Positions 8,774 through 19,105 of a DNA stretch of 64,000 nucleotides are shown piece after piece. Each line of letters starts with the position of its first letter. Positions within the stretch are counted from its first letter, which is position 1. The stretch comes from Granulicella sp. (GTDB taxonomy: Bacteria; Acidobacteriota; Terriglobia; Terriglobales; Acidobacteriaceae), in NCBI GenBank assembly GCA_027339965.1, contig DAHWNL010000076.1, forward strand, positions 1 to 64,000, in the 5' to 3' direction. The notes below the pieces were generated by a model. The model searched no databases and had not been told where the DNA came from. It saw only the letters and a list, made by a program, of their open reading frames with translations. The position numbers and the translations under genes are program-made.

Positions 8774-10252
8774 CTACGCATTCTGCCCGACGCCTTTTCC
8801 GGCCTTCAGCGCATTCTCTTCCCGCTTGAGGCGAGCCGCCTTATTGCGCTGCGAGCGCAGTTTCAGGAAGCTCTTAGCCTCGACGTAGAGACGAGGCACA
8901 TCGCGGTTCACAATCGCCTTCCACACCACCCGGGCCGCGGCCTTGGGGCGAAAGTAGTATTCGTCATAGAACTTGTGCACCATCTCCATCACGTACTCAG
9001 TGGGCAGGCCGGGATACTCGATGTGCGCCATCTGGTGTCCACCGCCGTCCTCCATTTTCTCGTTGGTGATGAAGTGATTGCGCTTGGCGAACTCATAGAA
9101 CTCTGTGCCGGGGTAAGCATGGGCGACGCTGACCTGGATGGTTTCGCAGTCCAGCGTCTTGGCGAAGTTGATGGTGTTGCGGATCGAATCCTTGGTCTCG
9201 CCGGGCAGACCGAGAATGAAGTCCGCATGGATAACCAAACCGAGGTCATGGCAGTCCTTGACGAACTCCCGCGCGCGTTCCACGGTAGCGCCTTTTTTGA
9301 TGTTCTTCAGGATCTGGGGATCGCCGGACTCGAAGCCGACGATCAGCAGCCGGCAGCCAGCCTCCTTCATCGCCTTCAACGTGTCGCGGTCCGTGGTCAC
9401 CCGGCTGGTGCAACTCCAGGTGAGGCCGAGTGGCTTGAGCTTCTCGCACAACTCGATGGTGCGTACCTTCTGGATGTTGAAGGTATCGTCGTCGAAGAAG
9501 AACTCCTTGACAAAGGGGAAGTTCTCCTTGGCCCACTTCATCTCTGCGGCAACATCATCCGTGGAGCGCTTGCGCCAGGCGTGTCCGCTCAGGGTCTGCG
9601 GCCACAGACAGAAGGTGCATTGCGCCGGACAGCCGCGCGTGGAATACAGAGCGATGTAAGGATGCAAAAGAAACGGTACGTTGTACCGGGTGACATCGAG
9701 GTCGCGCTTGTAGATCTTGGTCGCCCACGGCATAGCATCCAGGTCTTCCACCTGCGGGCGGTCCGGATTATGCTGAATCACACCGTCGGCGTCCTTGTAG
9801 CTAATGCCCAGGATCTCCTGAAGAGGTTTCCCGTTGGCGAACTCGACTACCGAAAAGTCGAACTCGCGGCGGCAGATGAAGTCGATGACCTCGCACTCGT
9901 TCAGGGCGCGGTCCGGGTCGGTGGTTACGGGCGGCCCAACGAAGCAGATCTTCAACCCCGGGTTGGCTTTTTTGATGGCCCGCGCCAGCGCATGGTCCCC
10001 GGACCAGCCCACGGTAGAAGTGAAAAGCACCAAAAACTCGTACTCTTTGGCGATTTCAATGGTCTCCTGCGCGCTCACATGGTGAGGAGGAGCATCGAGA
10101 AGCCGGGAACCCTCCAGCATTCCGGCCGGATAGGTCAACCAGACAGGGTACCAGTAGGACTCAATCTCTCGAGTCGCAGGCCAGCGGGAACTGGCGCCTC
10201 CATCAAAGTTTTCAAAGGACGGCGGATTGAGGAGAAGTGTCTTCAGCGGCAT
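8774..10252 (-). CDS. hpnJ: Hopanoid biosynthesis-associated radical SAM protein HpnJ
   Basis: N-terminus KTLLLNPPSFENFDGGASSRWPATREI; CPAQCTFC cluster motif. Confidence 0.92.
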   Translation of the reverse strand: MPLKTLLLNPPSFENFDGGASSRWPATREIESYWYPVWLTYPAGMLEGSRLLDAPPHHVSAQETIEIAKEYEFLVLFTSTVGWSGDHALARAIKKANPGLKICFVGPPVTTDPDRALNECEVIDFICRREFDFSVVEFANGKPLQEILGISYKDADGVIQHNPDRPQVEDLDAMPWATKIYKRDLDVTRYNVPFLLHPYIALYSTRGCPAQCTFCLWPQTLSGHAWRKRSTDDVAAEMKWAKENFPFVKEFFFDDDTFNIQKVRTIELCEKLKPLGLTWSCTSRVTTDRDTLKAMKEAGCRLLIVGFESGDPQILKNIKKGATVERAREFVKDCHDLGLVIHADFILGLPGETKDSIRNTINFAKTLDCETIQVSVAHAYPGTEFYEFAKRNHFITNEKMEDGGGHQMAHIEYPGLPTEYVMEMVHKFYDEYYFRPKAAARVVWKAIVNRDVPRLYVEAKSFLKLRSQRNKAARLKREENALKAGKGVGQNA

Positions 10253-10367
10253 AATGATTTCACCATTTTACCATCTTCGGTCCATGAACCCCGGAGCTTA
10301 CGGGTTCCTGTCGGTTTAGACGAGGTGTCCATGGGAATCTGCTTGATTTTTTGGAAGCGGATTTAAA

Positions 10368-11747
10368 TCAATGGTTTAGAGCACCTGTTGGCAAGCCCTC
10401 AGAGAGCGCGGCGGCATTTCTGAGCCACAGTTGAAGGCCGCCGGTCTGCTCCAGCAGATTTAGCCGCGACTGTTGCAGTTGATATTCAGAGTCCAGCAGA
10501 TCCAGGGTTCGATCTTCTTCTTCCATCCGTGCTCTCTGTTCATCCTCCGGCGTCATCGGCTGCTGGCTTGTACTGCTGCTGGAATTAAGTTGGGTCTCAA
10601 TCACCTTCACCTGCTCCTGGGCAATCGCCTGGTCGAGTCCGGCAAGGTTGCTGCGCGCGGCCAGTTCCGCCGCGTTCCGCCGCAACTTCTTGCGTCCTTC
10701 CAAAAAGTGTTCACGCTGGGACTCCGATTCAAAGTACGCCCGACGCGCCTCGGCCGCCGCCTCATTGGACTGATCCTTATGTTGGCGGTCGTAGATGGGA
10801 AGATTCATGGTCAAGTACACGCTGATGGCATTTTCGCTCTTGTTCAAAAAGGCTGGATAGTAAGTCGTATAGGCGTTTTGGCTGGTATCGATGCGGGTGT
10901 AATTCATCCCAAAGGTAAACTCGGGCCGCAGCAGGTAACGGCTCTCTCCAAATGCCAACTCCTGCTTGCTCCTGGCGCTGTCCATCGCAGCCTGGATGGC
11001 GGCGCTATCTGGCGGGTTTTTGATGGACGGGGAAACTTCGACAGCCGGGACGGATGGAATGGAACTCTCGATGGTGATGATCTGATCGTCGCGCAGCCCG
11101 ATCAGTCTCGACAGATGATCACTCAGGGAAGCTATGTCATCCTGCAGATCCATCTTGTTCAACTGAATCTGAGCCGCGGTCCGCTGCGCCTTGAGCAGAT
11201 CCATCCGCGTATCTTCTCCGGCATCCAGGCGCTCCTGAGCAATGGTTACCAGCCGATCCGCATCGCCGACCTCCTGGTCCATCACCTTCATCTTGCGTTG
11301 ATCACTGTCCAGATTGAGATACGTCGTTGCCACATCCTGTTCTATCTGACTGCGCGTATCCTCGAGGGACAACTTTGCTGCCTCCAGTCCGGAGGCGGCG
11401 GCGCGGATGTTGTCGCGTTGCGAGAAGTTGAAGACCAAAGACTGAGTAGTAAGGCTGACCACGGTAGGCAAAGCCGTCGGGACGCCAACTCCCTCCCCGT
11501 ATCCAAGACTGGCTTCGATGCTGGGGATATAAACGTCGCGCGTTGCTTTTAGTTCCGCCTCCGCCTTCTGTACCGCTGCCTCGCGCATACGGACCTGGGT
11601 ATCATTGCTCAACGCAAGATTGACCGCCGAGGCCAGAGAGATCTGCGCCGAGGCAGCAGCGGCGCACGCCGCCAGCATCACCCAACCGATCGCCCATCCA
11701 GCTCGCACGCCCATCGTTACCCTTGTGACTCCACTCAGTATGTTCAC
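10368..11747 (-). CDS. TolC-family outer membrane efflux protein
   Basis: Signal peptide (..AASAQISL), helical OEP-like repeats; start may be ATG 11714. Confidence 0.8.
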   Translation of the reverse strand: MNILSGVTRVTMGVRAGWAIGWVMLAACAAAASAQISLASAVNLALSNDTQVRMREAAVQKAEAELKATRDVYIPSIEASLGYGEGVGVPTALPTVVSLTTQSLVFNFSQRDNIRAAASGLEAAKLSLEDTRSQIEQDVATTYLNLDSDQRKMKVMDQEVGDADRLVTIAQERLDAGEDTRMDLLKAQRTAAQIQLNKMDLQDDIASLSDHLSRLIGLRDDQIITIESSIPSVPAVEVSPSIKNPPDSAAIQAAMDSARSKQELAFGESRYLLRPEFTFGMNYTRIDTSQNAYTTYYPAFLNKSENAISVYLTMNLPIYDRQHKDQSNEAAAEARRAYFESESQREHFLEGRKKLRRNAAELAARSNLAGLDQAIAQEQVKVIETQLNSSSSTSQQPMTPEDEQRARMEEEDRTLDLLDSEYQLQQSRLNLLEQTGGLQLWLRNAAALSEGLPTGALNH

Positions 11748-11789
11748 CGGCGCATGGCCACAAAACTAGCGGTAGCGCCGCGCGGCCCT

Positions 11790-12881
11790 TCACAACTTCT
11801 GCAAGGCGCGCTGGGCCGGCGCATAACCGGACGCCATCGACAATGCTTTTTCAAACTCGATCTTAGCGCCTGTCCTGTCTCCCCGGCCGGCCAGTATCTC
11901 TCCCAGCATGACATATACCTTTACCGCCGGCGCGGCATCACTCCTTGCCCCGCCGTGCAGGTAGTCCTGCAATGCGCTCCATGCAACCTCCGGCTCACGA
12001 TGCATCCTTCCCAGCAGGTTGGCCACATCCACCAGGCTGGCGTCACGGCGATGGTCCAGCGCCAGAGTCTGATTCAGGGTCTCCACGGCTTTGTCATACT
12101 GTCCGCGCCGGCGATAAAAGGCTCCCAGGTCTACCCAGGCAGCGGGCTGGTTGGCGACTGCCGCGGCGGCCTGGAAGGCGCTCTGCGCCGTGGCGTAATC
12201 CTTTTGTTTCTCCGCCGCAAGAGCGCGGATTCTGTCGGCCTGTTGGGGAAGGCTGTTCTGCACGCGCTCTGCCAGCGCCATAGCCTTGTCCAAGCCTCCT
12301 CCCATGAGGGCGGGAGCATCAATATAGAACTCACTCAAGTCATTCACCGCGGGACCGTCTTCGGGATCCAGCCGCACGGCCGCAGCCAAGGCAGCCCTTA
12401 CCTTCAGTGCCAGGGAGATTCCAGAGACGGGTCCCGCCGCCTTGGCGGCCATTCCATAGGCTCTGCCCAGCCAGTCCTCCGCTGCGCTGTTGCGAGGCAT
12501 CAGCCGCACGGCCGACTCACAGGCTTGGATGGCCGCATCGGCTTGCTCCTCCGCATAGAAGCTACGGCACATCACCAAATCGGCTTCTCCGTCGTCGGGG
12601 TCGGATGCCAGAATCTGCCTTGTCCGGGCCAGGGCATCGTTCAGGTTGCCGAAGAGCAATGCCTGTTCCGCCCGTCTCACTTGCTCAGCCGGGGAGCCTG
12701 TATTCGGAGCGTCCAGATTGGATCGAGGACTGGCGTACAACGGTCCGGGGATCGGGGCGAAGAGCAGGAGCAGCGGCAAGGCGAGCAGCCGAGCCCGGGA
12801 AGACAGAGGGAGTAGCGGCGCGGGAAGAACCAAGTTCCAACGCAAGTGTTTCCGGTTGCCACTGGTCACAGAAGATCTCAC
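11790..12881 (-). CDS. Exported TPR-repeat protein
   Basis: Hydrophobic leader and multiple TPR-like helices; exact start uncertain. Confidence 0.8.
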   Translation of the reverse strand: MRSSVTSGNRKHLRWNLVLPAPLLPLSSRARLLALPLLLLFAPIPGPLYASPRSNLDAPNTGSPAEQVRRAEQALLFGNLNDALARTRQILASDPDDGEADLVMCRSFYAEEQADAAIQACESAVRLMPRNSAAEDWLGRAYGMAAKAAGPVSGISLALKVRAALAAAVRLDPEDGPAVNDLSEFYIDAPALMGGGLDKAMALAERVQNSLPQQADRIRALAAEKQKDYATAQSAFQAAAAVANQPAAWVDLGAFYRRRGQYDKAVETLNQTLALDHRRDASLVDVANLLGRMHREPEVAWSALQDYLHGGARSDAAPAVKVYVMLGEILAGRGDRTGAKIEFEKALSMASGYAPAQRALQKL

Positions 12882-14132
12882 CTACCGGCGCACCTTTACT
12901 CGCAGGCCGTCTGTCAGGTCGATCTCCGAGGTGGCGCCCAAGGCGACTCGATCACCGAGCTTCAATCCGCTGAGGACCTGAAACCGCTGCAGGTTAACTA
13001 GACCTACCTTCACGGGGGTCTTCACCAGGTGGTCTCCGATAATCTGGAAGACATAGTCGACACCGTCCGTGTGCAGCGCTTCGCGCGGCAGGCTGGGCAC
13101 GTTGTTCAGCGTCATCTCCGTTACCGTGACAGTCACATTCGTGTTGGGCAGCAGTCCGTTGTTGGCGTCGTCAACGCTGATCAAGCATTCACCCACATTG
13201 CGCGTTCCCGCGTAACTAATGATCGTCTTGGGCACTTCAAGGATGTGTCCATGCCACACCACGCCGGGTTTGGCCGGCCAAACGATGGTTACCGGCTGCC
13301 CCGCCCTGAGCAGGCCGATCTCCGGCTCGTCAAAGTAAGCGTGGATCTGCATCTTCGTCAGGTCGGCCATGTAGATCAGAGTGTCTCCACTCTGTACGAA
13401 CTCGTAGGGCGCGACAGGCACGGAGTAGACCGTGCCGGCAAAGGGTGCGCGTATATCCACGCCGGCGTAGATCGCCTGAGCAGCTTTGACGGCCGCTTCT
13501 GCCTCTGCCACCTGCGCCTTTTGCGCCTGGATATCCTGCGACGAGAAGCGAACCCCGTTTTGCGTCTGGGCCCTTGCCTGGCTTAGCTGTGCCTCGGCGG
13601 CATGCAACTGCTCCTGGGCCTGGGCTATCTCGCTGGCGGAGGCCGCCCCTTGCGTGGCCAGATGCTCCAGTGCTTCAAGGCGCTGCTGGTTTTGCTGCGT
13701 CTGAATCGCCGCGGCGTTGACAGCCCCCTTGGCCGCCAGCCGCTCTGCCCCGGTTCCACCCTGTTCCATCATCTGCAAAGTAGCCAGATCGGTCTCCAGC
13801 GTCGCCTGGGCCGTCGCCAAATCCTTGCGCGCCTCGGTGTCATCCAGCCTGACCAACTCCTGGCCGGCGACCACGTGCTCTCCCAGATGCACAGCTACGA
13901 ATTTGACCTCGCCGGCCAAGGGAGCATGCGCCTCAAAGCTGACCACGGGGTCAACTTTCCCATTGGTGGATTTGGTCAGAGTCAGTGTCTGCGACTCCAC
14001 TTTGGCGGCAGTGATCTCGACGACCTGGCCACGGGAGCGCAGAAAGACGATGAGGAGAACCCCTGCCGCGACCGCGACCAGCGCCCACACTCCTCTCCTC
14101 GATCGATACGAAACGCGTCGAACCATAAGCAA
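12882..14132 (-). CDS. Efflux periplasmic adaptor (membrane fusion protein)
   Basis: N-terminal TM, lipoyl halves (APLAGEV..V.V..G..V..GQ.L; IRAPFAGTV), coiled coil, VKVGL...VLSGL..GDRV. Confidence 0.9.
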   Translation of the reverse strand: MLMVRRVSYRSRRGVWALVAVAAGVLLIVFLRSRGQVVEITAAKVESQTLTLTKSTNGKVDPVVSFEAHAPLAGEVKFVAVHLGEHVVAGQELVRLDDTEARKDLATAQATLETDLATLQMMEQGGTGAERLAAKGAVNAAAIQTQQNQQRLEALEHLATQGAASASEIAQAQEQLHAAEAQLSQARAQTQNGVRFSSQDIQAQKAQVAEAEAAVKAAQAIYAGVDIRAPFAGTVYSVPVAPYEFVQSGDTLIYMADLTKMQIHAYFDEPEIGLLRAGQPVTIVWPAKPGVVWHGHILEVPKTIISYAGTRNVGECLISVDDANNGLLPNTNVTVTVTEMTLNNVPSLPREALHTDGVDYVFQIIGDHLVKTPVKVGLVNLQRFQVLSGLKLGDRVALGATSEIDLTDGLRVKVRR

Positions 14133-14224
14133 AATGTCAGTATATAAGACTGGTGAATCTCGCCAGCGGCGTCAAAAAATTTCGCGCAGACCGGGCCCGC
14201 CTTTGCGCTCCGCAGGCGCTTGCA

Positions 14225-16171
14225 TCATTCGCCTTTCCCGGCAGGCCGAATCCCAAGGATCTCCAACTCCCAGCCACCGTAAAGCGGATGAACGTTCCGA
14301 TGCGGCCGGAAGGCGATGTCCAGCAGGTCTCCGCGTCTCCATCCCTGGTTCGTGGCCAGCGCAGACCAATCCATGATTCTGCTCCACGCCACTGCGGCAA
14401 ACCGCGCGCCGCCGTGGGCATCCTCGCAGGCCAGACGCAGATGGCGACGGTTGATCACGCGTGGATCTGCAGCCAGCCGCACGCCGCGGCTCAGAAGCAC
14501 CGGCACTTCATTCCCGTGGCCAAAGGGCGCCATCTGTTCCAAGCTGGCGAAGAACGGGGCGGTCAGATCGCGCAGACGGACTTCGGCATCGCAGGCCAAC
14601 ACCTGCCCCAGCTCCGCAACGTTCAACCACCGGGCCGCGTAGCGCAGCATCCGCTCCCGCAGCTCGCCCACCCGCTCTGAGGCCAAGGAGAAGCCTACGG
14701 CGTGGGCGTGTCCGCCGAAGCGGGTAAACAACCGCTCCTTTCCCCAGCCATCGATGGCGGTGAGTGCGTCGAGCAGATGAAACCCGGCCACCGAGCGCCC
14801 GGAGCCATATGCCTCGCCGTCCTCGTGGGTAATCACCAGCGCCGGTCTGGCGGTCCGCTCCACGACGCGGGAAGCCAGAATTCCGATGACGCCCCGATGC
14901 CAGGCTCCAGATGCGGCTGGGGCATGTCCGGAGACGGAAGATCCAAAGACTGAAGATCCGGGGGCTGCCGGGAGGGATGCATCGTCGAGGACAAAACAGG
15001 GCGGAGTGGCGGCCGGCAGGGAGGGAGCTAGCCGGGTGGCATCGGGAAAAGCTGCCGTTGGGGGCTCAAGCTGGGCTTCAATCTGGACTTCAATCGAGCG
15101 CAGCGCTTCGCCCTCCATGGCCCTGCGCTCGCCGTTCAGGCGATGCAGTTTCTCGGCCAGCGTCCGGGCCACGGAGGAATCGCGTGTGAGGAACAGCTCG
15201 ACCACGTCGGAGGCGATGTCCATTCGACCTGCCGCATTGATCCGGGGCGCCAGACGGAAAGCCACATCCTTCGCCGAGATTGGTCGACTTGTATCGATCT
15301 GAGCCAGTTCCATCAGGGCGCGGAGGCCGGGTTGGAGGGGCTGCCGGAGTTCCAGCAATCCCAGCGCGGCCAGAGTCCGGTTCTCTTCCGTCAACGGCAC
15401 GGCATCGGCAATGGTTGCGATCGCCACCAGTTTGAGGAAGGAGGGAAGCATCTTCTCCCGCACCCGATTCCGGTCCGTGGCGTCGGCGGCGCTGTGCTCC
15501 AGCAGCGCCTGCGCCAGCTTGAACGCCACGGCGGCCCCGCAGAGGTCCTTGCAGGGATAGGGGCAACCGGGCTGGTTCGGGTTCAGCACAGCAATCGCCT
15601 CCGGGACGACGGCCTCTGCTCCCGGCCCTTCGGGCAGATGATGGTCGGTGACGATCAGATCCAGTCCCAGGCGCCGGGCCTCGGCAGCGGCCGCAAAGGC
15701 GCGTATGCCGGTATCTACGCTTACCACCACCCGTACTCCCTCAGCCGCGGCCGCTTCGATGCGGGCATCCTGCATTCCATAGCCTTCGCGAACACGGTGA
15801 GGAATGTGATAGCGAACATCGGCTTTGACGCCCAGCCAGGTTGCGGCGCGTTCCAGCGCGGTCTTGAGCAGCACCGTCGCCACGGTTCCGTCCACGTCAT
15901 AGTCTCCGTAGATCAGCACCGGTTCCTTATGCTCAAGAGCGGCCTGCAGCCTGGCTACGGCCTTGCGCATTCCCAGCATCCTGCCGGGATCATGTAACTG
16001 CGCCGGCTCTGGATGCAGAAAGCTCTTAGCTGCCTGGAGCGTCACCATACCGCGGCGAAGGAGCAAGCGGGCGATCGGCTCGGGGATCTCCAGCGCCTGC
16101 GCCAACTCCGCTGAGGCTGCACTCTGCTGCGTGGCCACCACCCAAGCATCCTGAACCGGCTGACTACGCAC
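14225..16171 (-). CDS. recJ: Single-stranded DNA exonuclease RecJ
   Basis: YGDYDVDG, VDTG, TDHH, PRINAAGR and GGH motifs. Confidence 0.95.
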   Translation of the reverse strand: MRSQPVQDAWVVATQQSAASAELAQALEIPEPIARLLLRRGMVTLQAAKSFLHPEPAQLHDPGRMLGMRKAVARLQAALEHKEPVLIYGDYDVDGTVATVLLKTALERAATWLGVKADVRYHIPHRVREGYGMQDARIEAAAAEGVRVVVSVDTGIRAFAAAAEARRLGLDLIVTDHHLPEGPGAEAVVPEAIAVLNPNQPGCPYPCKDLCGAAVAFKLAQALLEHSAADATDRNRVREKMLPSFLKLVAIATIADAVPLTEENRTLAALGLLELRQPLQPGLRALMELAQIDTSRPISAKDVAFRLAPRINAAGRMDIASDVVELFLTRDSSVARTLAEKLHRLNGERRAMEGEALRSIEVQIEAQLEPPTAAFPDATRLAPSLPAATPPCFVLDDASLPAAPGSSVFGSSVSGHAPAASGAWHRGVIGILASRVVERTARPALVITHEDGEAYGSGRSVAGFHLLDALTAIDGWGKERLFTRFGGHAHAVGFSLASERVGELRERMLRYAARWLNVAELGQVLACDAEVRLRDLTAPFFASLEQMAPFGHGNEVPVLLSRGVRLAADPRVINRRHLRLACEDAHGGARFAAVAWSRIMDWSALATNQGWRRGDLLDIAFRPHRNVHPLYGGWELEILGIRPAGKGE

Positions 16172-16429
16172 CGCGTCTCCCGGGCTCCTGTCCCATTTGT
16201 GACCTTACCCGCGCCGGAGATCCCCGCATGCCGGTCCAGAGGGACCAGACCAGAGCCGAGGCAGGTGAAAGCAGGGCGATCCCCCCGGGGACGAGCCTTG
16301 TTGGGAAGGTTCTGCGTCGGGCGTTGGTTCCTCCGTGGCGCCCTGCTGCAAAAGAATACCCAGCGAGGCTACCTCTTCACAAACGCGGGTCGAAAGCCGA
16401 GGGACCCGCCGGCCGTTCCTCTTCCGTCT

Positions 16430-16894
16430 CTATTCTTCGTCGCGATCATCCAAAAGGATCTGTCCCATATGGTCTGCCGCGGAGTTCATGAGGTCCTGGA
16501 AGACGTCATACCACTCCGTGGCCGTCTCATAGAGGAAGATCACTCCACCGTGGGAGAATCCAAGTTGAAGATAGCCGGTCTTGCCAACGTGCTGCTGCAG
16601 GCTCTGGGCCTCCTCCAGTTCGGTGGTGTCTCCATCCGGGGAGGGATGGTCCCGTAGCTGGTTGATCAGGGCGGAAAGATCCTCCGGCTCCAGGATGACC
16701 TCGCTCATGGTGAGAAACGGCGTCTGGGCGGCCTTGGCGTGTTCCACAAAGTCCTTCCACCCGTCCACGTCGTCTTCTTCAAACAGAACGGTCGGCACGT
16801 TCTCCTGTACATAGCCCTTCATGCGCCGCATCCCATGTCCGGCGATGAAGGCGACCATGTCGTCCTTAACTGCAGATAGATCATCAAACGCCAT
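16430..16894 (-). CDS. Acidic hypothetical protein
   Basis: Clean 154-aa ORF with protein-like composition; -10-like GAGAAT 7 nt before the ATG. Confidence 0.75.
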   Translation of the reverse strand: MAFDDLSAVKDDMVAFIAGHGMRRMKGYVQENVPTVLFEEDDVDGWKDFVEHAKAAQTPFLTMSEVILEPEDLSALINQLRDHPSPDGDTTELEEAQSLQQHVGKTGYLQLGFSHGGVIFLYETATEWYDVFQDLMNSAADHMGQILLDDRDEE

Positions 16895-16964
16895 AGCCCT
16901 AATTCTCGCAGAAGTTCACCTTGCCTGACGCCCCAATCTCTGCGTGCTAACCTAAGAATTGCCC

Positions 16965-17243
16965 ATGATTTTCTCCAAAGATTACGTCAGCTACCTTGCC
17001 CGCCAGACCAGCAAACACCTGGTGGCCGCCAAGATGATCAAGACCGACAAGCCAGCCCTGCTCGATGAACGGCTCGCCAACGCTTTGATCGAAGAGCTGT
17101 CTCTGGAAGATCGCATCAACGAGGAAGTTCGCGTCATTCTGGAAGCATTCCAGGACGATATGCTCAAAACCGGAGCCAGCTATCCCGAGATGTTCAAGAA
17201 GGTCAAGCAGGAGCTGGCCCGCAAGTACAAGGCGGTACTATGA
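16965..17243 (+). CDS. DUF507 family protein
   Basis: E..INEEVR..L...MFKKVKQELA pattern. Confidence 0.8.
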   Translation: MIFSKDYVSYLARQTSKHLVAAKMIKTDKPALLDERLANALIEELSLEDRINEEVRVILEAFQDDMLKTGASYPEMFKKVKQELARKYKAVL

Positions 17244-17560
17244 GCGCCATGCGCGGAACCCCCGATCTCAAGCCCACGTACACCACTCGCATCTCTGACG
17301 ACAAGCTGAACAAGCTGGCCCATACGGTAGCCGATACCCTGGCCGAGATCGATGAGGTCGACTTTCTGGAAGATCGCAATACGATCCGCCAGGAGGCTCG
17401 CCGCGTGTTGACCAAGCTCCTGCTGGAAGAGGTAAAGATCGATGCCGCAGCGCGGCAGAAGATCGCCTCCCAGCGCCGCATCATTCCGGAGGGATCCCAG
17501 GAGTGGGACATCCTGTACCGCAAGTACTACAACGATGAGGTGAAAAAACTGGGTATTTGA
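17240..17560 (+). CDS. DUF507 family protein
   Basis: KIASQRR.IPEGS.EWDILYRKYY.DE motif; 4-nt overlap. Confidence 0.85.
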   Translation: MSAMRGTPDLKPTYTTRISDDKLNKLAHTVADTLAEIDEVDFLEDRNTIRQEARRVLTKLLLEEVKIDAAARQKIASQRRIIPEGSQEWDILYRKYYNDEVKKLGI

Positions 17561-17671
17561 GAGGCAGAAGCAGCGAGACCCATCATGGACTGGCATGACC
17601 CGCCACTCTTCTACAGCCCCGCGGCTTTTGCTATACTGTACTGGTTGCAATGGATTCCCCCATCCGTCTAA

Positions 17672-17748
17672 GGCGTTATGGTGTAACTGGTTAACACGTC
17701 GCCCTCTCAAGGCGAAGAGTCCGGGTTCGAGCCCCGGTAACGCTACCA
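17672..17748 (+). tRNA. tRNA-Glu (CTC)
   Basis: Cloverleaf GGCGTTA/TAACGCT, anticodon arm TCGCC-CT-CTC-AA-GGCGA, TTCGA loop, CCA; TGcTATACT promoter upstream. Confidence 0.95.
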
Positions 17749-18067
17749 AAAAGCAGGAAAATCAAAAATTTAGATCGAGGCGCCGCGATGGTGCGGGCGA
17801 TGTTTTCTGCCTTGGTGGCGCTGTTTGGTGGCGCCTTTGTACGAATTTGGGTGTCGCTTGTGGCGGCACTTCGCTCTATGGACCGTTTCCGGTAACGGCG
17901 ATGTGTGGCGCGGCCCGACGCCAAGTCAGAGGCCCGGGAGGTCCTTGATTCTTTCCAGCGGAGGTGGGCAGCCGTTCCGGGCCACGGACTGCACCCGGGG
18001 CTACCCAGCTTCCGCCGATGAAAGAGATCCACGATTGGCAACTCTTCGAAGTCTTCCTGACCGCGGC

Positions 18068-19105
18068 TCAGCCCTTCGGTTGCAGTCCCCTAATCACCTC
18101 GAAGAGGTCTTCGCCAACGGTTCTGTTCTTGGCGATGGCGTCTTCGAGTGGAATGTCTGTAATTCGGTTGCCTTGCAGCACCACCAGGCGGCCCGACTTA
18201 CCCTGATGCACCAGGTCGATGGCGGCCACCCCGTAGCGCGTAGCCAGCATGCGGTCATAGGCTGTCGGCGTTCCGCCGCGCTGGGTGTGTCCCAGGTTGA
18301 CGCTGCGGGTCTCATAGCCGGTGCGCTTTTCGATCTCCTCGGCCAGGGCCTGGCCAATACCGCTCAGCCTCGCGTGGCCAAAGGAGTCCAGCTTCGCGCC
18401 GAGGGTTGCCTGTCCGGCGGCCTCTGACAGCTTGGCTCCTTCGGCTACCACCACTAGCGCAAAGCGTTTGCCGCTTGCCCAGCGGGCGCGCAGCAGACGA
18501 ACGACTTCGTCCATGTCGATCGGCTTCTCCGGCGCCAGAATCACGTCGGCTCCGCCCGCGATTCCGGAGGTCACGGCGATCCAGCCGGCGTCGCGTCCCA
18601 TCACTTCCACAACCTGCACGCGGCTGTGCGCTTCGGTGGTCGAGTGCAGACGGTCTATTGCCTCGGTAGCGATGGACACCGCCGTATCGAAGCCGAAACA
18701 GACATCGGTTCCGCTCAAGTCATTGTCGATGGTCTTGGGGACTCCGACACAGTGGACTCCCCGCTTGACCAACTCCACGGAGATCGACTGCGTATCATCC
18801 CCGCCCATGGCGATCAGCGCATCCAGCTTGTGCCGTTGAATCGTGGCCAGGCAGTTTTCGAAACCGCCTGGAATCTTCTTCACGTTGGTTCGCGAGGAGC
18901 GCAGGATAGTTCCTCCGCGGTGCAGAATTCCGCTGGTGGTGTGCAGGTCGAGCGGCATCGTATGGTCCTCGATCACGCCTCTCCATCCCTCCAGGAATCC
19001 AACAAATTCATCCCCGTAGTGGGAGATGCCCTTGCGCACCACTGCCCGAATCACCGCGTTCAATCCCGGGCAATCCCCTCCGCCTGTCAACATGCCGATT
19101 CGCAT
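18068..19105 (-). CDS. pfkA: 6-phosphofructokinase (PfkA family)
   Basis: TGGGDCPGLN, GGDD, PKTIDND, EVMGR; AGGAGG RBS before ATG 19105. Confidence 0.92.
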   Translation of the reverse strand: MRIGMLTGGGDCPGLNAVIRAVVRKGISHYGDEFVGFLEGWRGVIEDHTMPLDLHTTSGILHRGGTILRSSRTNVKKIPGGFENCLATIQRHKLDALIAMGGDDTQSISVELVKRGVHCVGVPKTIDNDLSGTDVCFGFDTAVSIATEAIDRLHSTTEAHSRVQVVEVMGRDAGWIAVTSGIAGGADVILAPEKPIDMDEVVRLLRARWASGKRFALVVVAEGAKLSEAAGQATLGAKLDSFGHARLSGIGQALAEEIEKRTGYETRSVNLGHTQRGGTPTAYDRMLATRYGVAAIDLVHQGKSGRLVVLQGNRITDIPLEDAIAKNRTVGEDLFEVIRGLQPKG

